Translations under genes and position numbers: made by a program | Notes under the pieces: model-generated | The model's database searches: none | The model's input: the letters and a program-made list of their open reading frames with translations, nothing else | Told to the model about the DNA's origin: nothing | Origin: Nitrospinales bacterium | GTDB lineage: Bacteria > Nitrospinota > Nitrospinia > Nitrospinales > JAJDAT01 | Length of the DNA stretch: 64,000 nt | NCBI GenBank assembly: GCA_038154245.1 | Contig: JAYOZP010000002.1 | Span: 50,928 to 114,927, forward strand | Direction of reading: 5' to 3' | Shown: positions 26,927 to 36,264 of the stretch, piece by piece | Numbering within the stretch: position 1 is the stretch's first letter | Layout: each line of letters begins with the position of its first letter

Positions 26927-28978
26927 CTAGTCTTGTTTTTCTCTAGTTTTTTCCAAGTTTTTCATTGCATTTTTTGTACTTGGATGGTCAAGACCTAATG
27001 TATTTTGAAATAAACCAAGAGCTTTCTCTAAGAATGTTTCAGCAAGAGAATAGTTCCCCATCTTTAAATAAAGAATTCCAATGTTGTTTATCGAGGAAGC
27101 TATTATTGGATCTTGTTTGTCGAAAGCTTTTTCTCTAATTTTTAACGCTTCATTTAAAACAAATTCTGCATCTTTAAAACGGCTTTGTTTGAGATAAAGC
27201 TCGGCTAGATTAGTTTTTGCCGAAGCGATTTCAGGATGTTCTTTACCTAAAAGATTTTCATGAATTTCCAAAGCGTCTGTAAAAAGAGATTCTGCCTCCT
27301 CAAAACGTTCTTGAGTTTTATATAGCAGCGCTAAATTATTTAGCGAGTGCACTACATCTAAATGTTCGTCTCCTAAAAACTTCTCAAAAATTTCCAAAGC
27401 CTCTTTGTATGCTTGTTCAGCTTTTTTGTACTGTCCAATTTCCCTATAGAAATTACCTAGATTGTCCAAAGAAATTGCGACATCAGGATGATCGCTAAAA
27501 TAGATTTTTTTCCATAAACTGACAGTTTCTTGATAAATTTTTTCGGCTTTTTCATGTTGTTGCCTTACCTTATTATTCCAGGCAAGGTTGCTTAGGGTTG
27601 ACGCAACCAGAGCATGTTCATCGCCATAGCAATGGCGATGGACGGAATATGCTTTTTGAAAAAAGTTTTCCGCTTCCGCATAGTCCCCTTGATGATTTAG
27701 ATAATAGCCCACATCGTTACATAGACGCGCTGTTTGGGGGATTTGCAATTTAAATTTATTAATCCAATTTAACATGGTGCGAGCGCTAGGAATTAATTCT
27801 TCGCAAATAGACCAGGAGGTAAAATCTGGATCTGGAAACGCAGATTCAAGAGTTTTTAAAGATTTCTCCGCCCAAAACTCTGGCCTTTCTAGTTTATCTC
27901 TTACAGCTTGTTGAATGGGATTACTCATTTTAAAGCTTTGCTCTCCAATGTTTTGACTCAAGAATGAGTATCGACAAACAATATTAATGACCTTATTCCA
28001 ATGTTGGTTCCAATCGGTTTTTTCGTTTTGGTAGTCTTCTGAAAAATCGATTTCCTCGTTTTCAAGAAAAATTTCTTTGGGAATAAAACGAGAATCAAAG
28101 AAAGAACACAACCGAATCAATTCAACCGCTTCGGGACAATCTTGTTGAATATGATTTAGAGATAAATTGACCGCTACAGATAAAAACTTTGGGTAGTTTT
28201 GGTTTGTTTCTAATTGCGGGAGTATCTCTTTATCTTCGGTCTTAAACAGTAATAAATATTCTATCAGCGTAATTTTTGTTTCTCGAATATACGAACCAAC
28301 TATTTCAATTGCCGCATGAGATCCGTTTAGTAAATCGTAAATTTCGCTTGCTATATTGACAACCTCTTTGGAAGCTTTATTTATATCTTCATCATCGTCA
28401 ATAATGTTCGCTTTTTTTAGAAGATATAAAACTCCTTTGTCTTTTACATTTTGAGTTGGATGGATAGATGATAGATCTGAATTTTTAGTTTTATGGGGTG
28501 TTTTTTTATCTATTTGGTTTTTTGGAGGTTTTTGTTTGGTAAGAAAACAATGGAGTTTTTCGTAATCCGACTCTAAAACGAATTGTTTTGATTCTCGAAA
28601 AATTGGAGGAATAAAGTCAGTGTCATTCTTCGAAACCAGTATAAGAGCAAATTTTTTATTTTTTATTTTGCTATGAATATTTTGCCGATTGAGGATTGGG
28701 CCTTTCCAATTTTGATCTAGATCTTTTCCATCATATTTTGCGCTATTAGAAAATTCGCTTAAATAAAATTCTGTGCAAATAATAAGTATAAAATGTGATT
28801 CATCTACTTTTTTTTGCGTCCACTTCGGCCAGCCAATTTTAGGAGCTTCATTTTCAAATTGATCTATCCAACAATCGATTCCATCGTAGCGAAGTTGATC
28901 TGATAAGGCTAGAACGTGGTCCTTATGATCTTTCGAATCATGACTATAGCTGATGAAGACTTTTACCGAATTTGGCAT
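26927..28978 (-). CDS. TIR-like domain / ARC (winged-helix) remnant / TPR-repeat protein lacking a P-loop NTPase core
   Basis: 683 aa. N-terminus VFISYSHDSKDHKDHVLALSDQLRYDGIDCWIDQFE...FILIICTEFY is TIR/SEFIR-like. The middle has NB-ARC C-terminal landmarks (LNGSHAAIEIVGSYI resembling GLPLA, TLIEYLLLF, LSLNHIQQDCPEAVELIRLCSFF). The C-terminus has 5-6 KLC-type TPRs (SLNNLALLYKTQERFEEAESLF...). No GxxxxGK[ST] anywhere. Confidence 0.7.
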   Translation of the reverse strand: MPNSVKVFISYSHDSKDHKDHVLALSDQLRYDGIDCWIDQFENEAPKIGWPKWTQKKVDESHFILIICTEFYLSEFSNSAKYDGKDLDQNWKGPILNRQNIHSKIKNKKFALILVSKNDTDFIPPIFRESKQFVLESDYEKLHCFLTKQKPPKNQIDKKTPHKTKNSDLSSIHPTQNVKDKGVLYLLKKANIIDDDEDINKASKEVVNIASEIYDLLNGSHAAIEIVGSYIRETKITLIEYLLLFKTEDKEILPQLETNQNYPKFLSVAVNLSLNHIQQDCPEAVELIRLCSFFDSRFIPKEIFLENEEIDFSEDYQNEKTDWNQHWNKVINIVCRYSFLSQNIGEQSFKMSNPIQQAVRDKLERPEFWAEKSLKTLESAFPDPDFTSWSICEELIPSARTMLNWINKFKLQIPQTARLCNDVGYYLNHQGDYAEAENFFQKAYSVHRHCYGDEHALVASTLSNLAWNNKVRQQHEKAEKIYQETVSLWKKIYFSDHPDVAISLDNLGNFYREIGQYKKAEQAYKEALEIFEKFLGDEHLDVVHSLNNLALLYKTQERFEEAESLFTDALEIHENLLGKEHPEIASAKTNLAELYLKQSRFKDAEFVLNEALKIREKAFDKQDPIIASSINNIGILYLKMGNYSLAETFLEKALGLFQNTLGLDHPSTKNAMKNLEKTREKQD

Positions 28979-29581
28979 TAGGAGTTAGGAAAGCTTTTTG
29001 AAAAATATTTCCAAGATACGAAAACTCTTTAAATAAATCAACGGCAAATTGTTACTGGCATATGAAATTGGAAAGCCATAAAGTATTTTTTTAATTTGAG
29101 TAGAAAAATTTATTTGAATCGATAAGCTGATCATTTTATGTCTAACAAAGGTATTTATATTTACGAAAATAGCCTTTAAGAAATGGGAGCAGTTTGTTTC
29201 GAAAATTGATTATATAAAATAAAGAATAAATAAGTGTCGAGATTGCCTTTCATATTACAATGTATTAAAGGGTAAAACCAAAGCGCGTTTGGGGGCAGTT
29301 TAGGCACACTTTGGAAAAATGACCAACCCACCAGTTGTATTGAATGATGCGCTGAAATTAATGAGTTCTCTCAAGGGAGGCTAAAAATTAAGGGGGCAAA
29401 TTGCTTTGCGTGTAGGAGGGACAAACGATTGCGAATATTATTTTTCAGCTCATACCGTTATTGGATAAAATGCCAGTCCTAATCAAGAAGAAATTCATAT
29501 GAATCGAAATGGCGAATCATTTGACGAATTCCTTTAGTTTTTTTCGAAAAGTTATTGAAAAAGGGGATGTGTTCTTAATAA

Positions 29582-29687
29582 TTAAGGGGGTCTCTAATAA
29601 TTCGAAATTTTAGCTTGAGGCAACTCGCTTGCCTTTTGTTTGCAAAGGCAGCTCGTAGCCAAATTCAATTTTTAGAGGTTCCCTTAA
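29582..29687 (+). repeat. ~106-nt inverted-repeat element, copy C
   Basis: TTAAGGGGGTCTCTAA (29582-29597) pairs with TTAGAGGTTCCCTTAA (29672-29687): 13 Watson-Crick plus 3 G-T pairs. 20 nt from the integrase stop. Confidence 0.9.
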
Positions 29688-29707
29688 GTTTGATAGAAAA
29701 GAAATTT

Positions 29708-30559
29708 TTATGCAGATTTTTTTGACGCTTCTGAATCGGGATTTGTCATTTTTGCATAGAAGTTGGTGCTCTCGCGCCTTGAGTGTCCCATGAGGTTTTG
29801 AACTGTAGGAACTTTTGCTCCATGTTGTAGTAAAAAAGCGGCAAAAGAGTGACGTAAAGAATGGGGAGTAGCATTTTTCTCTACACCCGATATTTCTAGG
29901 GCCGCTTTAAAATATTTTGCGAAAGCGCGAGTAGTTAATTTGCCCCCTCGTTCGCTAGGAAATAAATAATCCCCGGGTTCTTTTTTACCAATTTGACGGA
30001 GAATCGCGTCGGACAAGCTTCTAGAAAAAATAGTGGTTCTTCCTTTTCGTCGCTCGTTTTGTCCTTTTACGAATAGATTGTTCGTTTTCAAATTTATGTC
30101 TTTTACGAGAACTTCTACAAGCTCAGAAACTCGAAGTCCAGCGCTGTAAGCTAATTCAATCATTAACCTGTGTTTTAAGTTTTCAGCCGATAAAGCTATT
30201 CTGCGGACTTCTTCAAGAGTTAGTAGAACTGGAGTTCTTTCTTTCTTTTGCGGTCGTTCTAATTCATTCAACGGAAATTTTTGCCCAAACACTTCTACCC
30301 ATAGAAAACGTAAAGCGTTAATTGCTTGGTCGATGGTAGATCGGGATTTTTTTGTAGAATTTAGATGCCTTAGATAATCTTCCAAATCGCGATTAGATGC
30401 CTCATGTGGGTCCCGTGGCAAAATAAAAAAGAAAAAATTACGAAGTTGCCCCAAATAAGCTTTAATAGTTTGATCTCGATATTTCCGAATATTTAATCTT
30501 TCTTCAATAACTTCATATGGCTTGGAGGCAAACTGAGGAAAAGGAAGCGATGCGTCCAT
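29708..30559 (-). CDS. tyrosine recombinase / phage-type integrase (XerC/D-like)
   Basis: 283 aa. Catalytic landmarks AGLRVSEL (R), HSLRHSFA (HxxR), LMGHSRRESTNFYAKM (H...Y). SAM-like N-domain. Confidence 0.85.
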   Translation of the reverse strand: MDASLPFPQFASKPYEVIEERLNIRKYRDQTIKAYLGQLRNFFFFILPRDPHEASNRDLEDYLRHLNSTKKSRSTIDQAINALRFLWVEVFGQKFPLNELERPQKKERTPVLLTLEEVRRIALSAENLKHRLMIELAYSAGLRVSELVEVLVKDINLKTNNLFVKGQNERRKGRTTIFSRSLSDAILRQIGKKEPGDYLFPSERGGKLTTRAFAKYFKAALEISGVEKNATPHSLRHSFAAFLLQHGAKVPTVQNLMGHSRRESTNFYAKMTNPDSEASKKSA

Positions 30560-30988
30560 GGAACTCTCCTGGATTAATGGCGAAAAGGATAAATCTTAAA
30601 ACGAGGTGGACCGTAGTTTTTATTTGGAAATACTAAACGGGCCGTTTGAAAAGCGGATATTGAAATGAATTTTGCGTTTACATAATAAGAAATATAAACG
30701 CGGTAATAAAGTCATTAAAATTTTAACAAATTTTATTAAATCGTCAAGAGTATTCATTAGGATTAGTTAAAAAATTCAAGAAATTCCAGTATTAAAATGT
30801 GTTGCTAATGTCGAGAATGCCTTTTTAGGCTTAAACAATCTTATTTATCACGTATTATCTAAATATTGAGAAATAAATGGCAAAAGACTATAATGATCGG
30901 TTTTTTGTTATTAATTCTATTTAAATCTTAGATTTTGAAAATTTGAAGTCTACTTAAGTTATATAAAGACAGCTATCGGAAATCAGAA

Positions 30989-32731
30989 ATGAAAGATTTT
31001 AGCGAAGTCATAAAATACGCTAGGCCATACACAAAAATATTAGTCTTTTCGTTTTTTTGCTTAGCATTAACCTCAATAATAAGTTTAATGCTACCTCTTA
31101 TTGTTAAAAATATGGTCAATGCCGTGTTTATTGAAAAAAATGGAGAAGCGTTAAATAGTTTGACTATCGATTTAGTGATTACCATTTTGTTTCAGGTCAT
31201 TTTCGCTGTTATTCATAATTATGTTTTTGGTTATGTCGCTTATAGAGCGGTAACGGATTTTCGTGCGCAGGTGTTTTCACATATACAAAGTTTATCGATA
31301 AGATTTTTTCAAAATCGCAGAGTTGGCGAAATTTTATCTTGTATGAGTTCGGATATATCGGTTATTCAAAACGCTATGACAAGTATTCCAGTTGCTATAT
31401 TGAGACAGACAATAACGCTTATTGGAGGTTTAGCAATTATTCTGTATTTAAATTGGAAGCTTACCGGTTTGATTATATTAGCTCTTCTTCCATTAATGGC
31501 CTTTGCTAGGTTTTTCGGAAAACGTTTAAGAGGTCTTTCGGAAAATGTTCAAGATAAGCTTGCCGAATCTTTAACAGTTTTGGAAGAATCTGTATCTTCT
31601 ATATTTACTGTTAAATCGTACTGCCGTGAAGATTATGAAAATAGTCGATTTAAGGATCAGATTGAGAAAGCTTTCCATGCTTCAGTGGGAAAAGTTAAAA
31701 TATCGTCTTTTTTCGGTCCATTTATTTTATTTTTGACGTTTTTGGTATCAGGTCTTTTAATTTGGTATGGAGGCCGGCAGGTAATGACCGGTTCTACTAC
31801 ACCTGGCGAGTTAGCGGCCTTTTTTCTTTATGGAATTATCATGGCTGGGCCTATTGGAACTGTAATTAGAATATATGCCCAGTCGCAAGAGGCTGCTGGC
31901 GCAATGAAGCGGGTGAACGAAATATTGAATGAAAAACCAGACGTAAAAATTTCAGAAAACCCTGTTTGCTTAACCGATGCGCGAGGAGAAATAAAGTTTG
32001 AGAATGTCAGCTTTAGTTATGATTCAGGTAAATCGATTTTAAATAATATTAATTTCCAAGTTGCTCCAGGAGAAACTGTTGCTTTAGTGGGACCAAGTGG
32101 AGCCGGAAAATCCACAATTACATATCTTTTACAAAGATTTTTTGACCCAGAGTCTGGGAGGATACTTTTTGACGGTCACAACCTAGTAGAATTAGATCTT
32201 AAGAATTTTTTGAATCATATTGCGTATGTTCCTCAAGATCCTCAATTATTTAGCGGTACGATTCGCGATAATATTTTATATGGCAAACTGGAAGCTACAG
32301 AAAGCGAATTGATGGCGGCATCTAAAGCCGCAAATGCTCATGAATTTATCGTTAAAATGGAAGATGGTTACGATAGTTTGGTTGGGGATAAAGGGATCAA
32401 GCTTTCAGGAGGAGAAAGACAAAGAATTACCATCGCTAGGGCAATGTTGAAAAGCCCAAAAGCTCTTATTTTGGATGAGGCAACATCTTCCCTTGATAGT
32501 CAGTCGGAAAACCTTATTCAAACTGCGCTAGAAACTTTAATGGCTGATCGAACTACTTTAATTATTGCCCATAGATTAAGTACAGTTCATAACGCGGATA
32601 AAATTATCGTTTTAGACAAGGGACGGATAGTCGAAATGGGTAGTCATTCAAGTTTGATGAAAGAAGAAAACCTTTACTATCGATTATATACTATGGGAGT
32701 TTTAGAGGAATCTTCGATATCCGCCGATTAG
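30989..32731 (+). CDS. ABC exporter, fused permease/ATPase (MsbA-like)
   Basis: 580 aa with 6 TM helices. Walker A GPSGAGKST, signature LSGGERQR, Walker B LILDEATS. Confidence 0.9.
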   Translation: MKDFSEVIKYARPYTKILVFSFFCLALTSIISLMLPLIVKNMVNAVFIEKNGEALNSLTIDLVITILFQVIFAVIHNYVFGYVAYRAVTDFRAQVFSHIQSLSIRFFQNRRVGEILSCMSSDISVIQNAMTSIPVAILRQTITLIGGLAIILYLNWKLTGLIILALLPLMAFARFFGKRLRGLSENVQDKLAESLTVLEESVSSIFTVKSYCREDYENSRFKDQIEKAFHASVGKVKISSFFGPFILFLTFLVSGLLIWYGGRQVMTGSTTPGELAAFFLYGIIMAGPIGTVIRIYAQSQEAAGAMKRVNEILNEKPDVKISENPVCLTDARGEIKFENVSFSYDSGKSILNNINFQVAPGETVALVGPSGAGKSTITYLLQRFFDPESGRILFDGHNLVELDLKNFLNHIAYVPQDPQLFSGTIRDNILYGKLEATESELMAASKAANAHEFIVKMEDGYDSLVGDKGIKLSGGERQRITIARAMLKSPKALILDEATSSLDSQSENLIQTALETLMADRTTLIIAHRLSTVHNADKIIVLDKGRIVEMGSHSSLMKEENLYYRLYTMGVLEESSISAD

Positions 32732-32769
32732 GAGTTTGACTGGGAAGGGCTTAGATATTAAATCTAAAT

Positions 32770-33201
32770 TTAATCACCTGGATCTGCTCCCATCAAAAAC
32801 CCTTTTAAATGCGCGACTTTATCTGGGTCTCCGTTATGATAGATTCGAATTAAAGTATCAACCAATTCCTTTAAATGCTGATCTCGAATATTGAATTCTT
32901 TTGTTTGTAATGTTTGGTTATCCTCATATACATAAGAATGGTCCCCACCGCCTGGATATTTTCGTTTGCGCATGGTACCCTTATTTATGAGTAACCAAAT
33001 AATATCAAGATCAGTGTGTCTATAAAGTTTTGCTATGGTGTCTGCAGAAGGCAGTGATTTGTTATTTTCCAAATCGGAAAGGGAGCCTTGGGAAATACTG
33101 ATCAAATCAGCTAATTCGGCGATTTTGTAGTTTGAAGACTTTCTCCATTGCCTTAATCTTCCCCCAAGATTATGGGCTATGCCGATTTTCTTCTCTTGCA
33201 T
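32770..33201 (-). CDS. XRE-family HTH transcriptional regulator
   Basis: HTH_3 core LRQWRKSSNYKIAELADLISISQGSLSDLENNKSLPSADTIAKL. I prefer ATG 33201 (MQEKK...) over the track's TTG at 33219. Confidence 0.7.
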   Translation of the reverse strand: MQEKKIGIAHNLGGRLRQWRKSSNYKIAELADLISISQGSLSDLENNKSLPSADTIAKLYRHTDLDIIWLLINKGTMRKRKYPGGGDHSYVYEDNQTLQTKEFNIRDQHLKELVDTLIRIYHNGDPDKVAHLKGFLMGADPGD

Positions 33202-33633
33202 TGGTAAATCCCCGCACAAGATAAGCCGTCTTAGATAAACAGGCTAGTTATTAAAATGGCCAAAAAGTTGGTATTACCTTCTTTTTGCCATGAAAAATTC
33301 GTTTACAGATTCGACTCTGTTTAACTTTGTTTCGATTTGCCAAACCAACGGCAGTTTATTATGATTTTTATTGACCCGCAAGCAAAAATACCCAATTTTA
33401 GGGTATTTTTTAAACAAGATGAAACTATTAGGTTTTTTATTCACAGTAAATTCGAATGGAATTTTTTGATTTTATCAGATATAGAACCTTATAGACATTA
33501 ATTATTTCCGAGTGGATGATTTTTTGCAAAAATTATCATGAAATTTATAATAAAGTTTGGCCTAAACCGTAAGTTTATTTTCGTTAAAATGAAATTTACT
33601 GATTGCTTCCTATAATTTTTCTTTGTTCGAAAT

Positions 33634-34218
33634 ATGAAACCATTTCAAGTGCAATTTTCGTTACTTTTTTTTATTGGGACCATTTCATTATTTTCCGCAT
33701 GCGGTAAATTGGTCGACGTCAATGTTACCGTAATTGATCAGAAAACAGCCCTAGAAAACCAAATTTTGGGTAGTTATGAAGAATTAGGTAATGAAATGGT
33801 TTTGTTAGCTTCGGTAAGGTCGGTAGACGAAAATGGCAAGCTCAAACCAGTAGTTAAGACACCTCCTGCAAAATTGAAAGCCATTAAGGCCATGCAACGG
33901 ATGGAGTTTAACCGAGACGACATCCAAAGATTTAAGGAGATGGGGATTGTTGGAGAAAAAAACGATGGTTTTTTGAATTTTTTTGAAACAGAAAAAACTC
34001 AAAAAGATCAACAGCTTAAGGTATTCGCTCAAACCATTATCAATGAGGAAAATGAAGATAGAGAAACTATATTAAATAGAGTCATTGCTACAAATATACG
34101 TTTTTCTCCCAAAGACCTACCCAAAGTTAAAAAAGTTTACGCAAACCTCAATAGAGATAATGCTCTTACTGGTGAAAAGATACAGATGGAAGATGGAACT
34201 TGGACATTAAAGAAATAA
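33634..34218 (+). CDS. lipoprotein with DUF1318/YdbL-like C-terminal domain
   Basis: 194 aa with lipobox LFSAC. GIVGEKNDGFL...INEENEDRETILNRVIA resembles the YdbL family pattern. Confidence 0.5.
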   Translation: MKPFQVQFSLLFFIGTISLFSACGKLVDVNVTVIDQKTALENQILGSYEELGNEMVLLASVRSVDENGKLKPVVKTPPAKLKAIKAMQRMEFNRDDIQRFKEMGIVGEKNDGFLNFFETEKTQKDQQLKVFAQTIINEENEDRETILNRVIATNIRFSPKDLPKVKKVYANLNRDNALTGEKIQMEDGTWTLKK

Positions 34219-34231
34219 ACTTTTAAATCCT

Positions 34232-34501
34232 TTAACGATATGGCATTTCGTCGCCTGTAATTGTTTTTTGATAGTCAATTTCTTCTTGATTCATTTCACT
34301 TACAAACTTTTTTAATTCTTGAGGAGTATTAAAAAAATAAGGACGATTTTCTTTTTGGCCGCAGATCTCATCTTCGCGTTCAACCACTAATTTACCTTCT
34401 GCAGTAATTTCTTTTAGAATAAATTTTTTCCTAGTTCTAAGCATGCTAAAAATATCTCTAAAAGATTTTTCTAATTCTTCAGACATAGTTTCCTCCATCA
34501 A
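34232..34501 (-). CDS. hypothetical protein
   Basis: 89-aa acidic ORF with no motif. Confidence 0.4.
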   Translation of the reverse strand: MMEETMSEELEKSFRDIFSMLRTRKKFILKEITAEGKLVVEREDEICGQKENRPYFFNTPQELKKFVSEMNQEEIDYQKTITGDEMPYR

Positions 34502-34792
34502 CTTTTATAGATTGAAGCTAATATAATAAAACCACCTATCTCTGATTTCAATATTTTACAAATTTAATTTGATTTTCAAGTATAGAGATTATTTATATTT
34601 TCTATTAAAAACTTTTGAAAATCTAAATTGGAAAGTATTTAGGCAGTGATATCTAGGTTAATTAAGACTTGGAATAAGCATTTTAACCCAAATCCATATT
34701 ATGTTATAGTTTTACGGAGTTTAAAGGGTTTTGAACATATTGTTTTAATAAGCAATTAACTTTGAATTATTTAAAAAAAATCAATTTAATAA

Positions 34793-36241
34793 ATGGCTGG
34801 AAGGTTAACTCTTAAAAAACTGGCAGATAATCTTATTAAAGAGGCTCGAGCGCCCTTTTCTGCAGATGATTTTTCTCGCATGATAAGAGACCATTGGCGA
34901 AGAAAAATTTCCTCTACTACTTTAGAAAGACTTACCGGTAAGTTAGCCGAACATAAACATATCATTGGGCTAGAATCAAACGATTTTTTACCCTATCGGG
35001 CGGTATTGGATAAAATCGTTCATATTCCAATGGAAATTCCTATATCTTCCATTGAATTGAGTGAGAAAATTTTAATTCCAGGTTATAGATTAATACCTGT
35101 TATTTCCACAGACCTTGACGAAGAAAATATTACTCTATTAGACGCCAAGGGTAATGAGATCCCTAAAAAAAAGAAAAAGTTTTTATTAGAAGAGATAATT
35201 GAATTTTACCAGTATTCGAATGCGGGTCATTTTCCGGATCATATTAATATCAACGAACAAATTCCTGGCAAAAGCTCTCTTTCAGTTACAGTTTGGCAAA
35301 TGGAAGAAGTTTTTAAAAGCTTCTCCACCAAACCTTGTAAAAGTTTATTAATTAAATTAATTGATTACGATAAAGGAATAATGCAGGTCCATCCGCATTG
35401 TAATATATCCCAAAATAAAAATAAGCTAAAAGCCCGGAGCCTAAATATAGCGTTGGAACAATCTTTATTAGAACATCTGAATCACCGAGTATCTCCTTCT
35501 GAAGATTTAGAAAAACAATTGTTACGCGCGTTTTATAGTATTGAGTCGAAGTTCTTGAACGTTCCATCTTTTTCGGTTAAGCATTTTTTGGAAAATTCTC
35601 AGAAAGTTTCGGTTGTTGGTTGTGAATGTGGTCAGCCTAGATTTGTGTCTTCAACTAACTCTAACGATTTAGCTTTTCGTTTAGAGATCAGCCCTAAAAA
35701 ATCATTAGGCCGCTCAGGTTCGCTTGACGAAATTTTTGAAGATTTGGGGCTTCCGTTTAATTCAGTTGAGTTTACCGCTATTCTAAGGGCTGTCTTAACC
35801 AGAAAAACATGTAGCTTAGAAGTTTTAGTCGATATGCTTTTTAGTGGCAAAGGCGATTTATTCCATAATGCAAAGCAAGAGGACCGTTTTTATCAGTTGT
35901 TACGAGATATGATGATTCCGCTTTATAAAGAAATGGAAGAACCAGAGCCAAAAACGATTGCGGAACTGAGGGAACAAGCCGTATCTGTGAAGTTACGTTT
36001 GATAAAAGCGTTAAAATTTTTGGAATGTAGGGAAATTGGTTTGGCTGACTTGCCTTTTGAAATTTTGGATCAGATCATTGAGATGGATCAGTTTTGCGCT
36101 GAGTCGCTTATTTTTTTCGAAGAGTCGCAACACCCTATTCCTATTCAAAGAATTAAAGATATTCAACTAGCTTTGAAAATAGTTAGTCCAAAACTTTCTA
36201 CCTTGGAAGAAGAAATTTATAACGACTTAAGCGTTTTTTAG
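34793..36241 (+). CDS. hypothetical protein (482 aa, no recognisable domain)
   Basis: Long uninterrupted ORF in an otherwise AT-rich, stop-rich context. Soluble, with no motif I can name. Confidence 0.6.
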   Translation: MAGRLTLKKLADNLIKEARAPFSADDFSRMIRDHWRRKISSTTLERLTGKLAEHKHIIGLESNDFLPYRAVLDKIVHIPMEIPISSIELSEKILIPGYRLIPVISTDLDEENITLLDAKGNEIPKKKKKFLLEEIIEFYQYSNAGHFPDHININEQIPGKSSLSVTVWQMEEVFKSFSTKPCKSLLIKLIDYDKGIMQVHPHCNISQNKNKLKARSLNIALEQSLLEHLNHRVSPSEDLEKQLLRAFYSIESKFLNVPSFSVKHFLENSQKVSVVGCECGQPRFVSSTNSNDLAFRLEISPKKSLGRSGSLDEIFEDLGLPFNSVEFTAILRAVLTRKTCSLEVLVDMLFSGKGDLFHNAKQEDRFYQLLRDMMIPLYKEMEEPEPKTIAELREQAVSVKLRLIKALKFLECREIGLADLPFEILDQIIEMDQFCAESLIFFEESQHPIPIQRIKDIQLALKIVSPKLSTLEEEIYNDLSVF

Positions 36242-36264
36242 GTTAATTTTAGTTTGTTGTTTTT

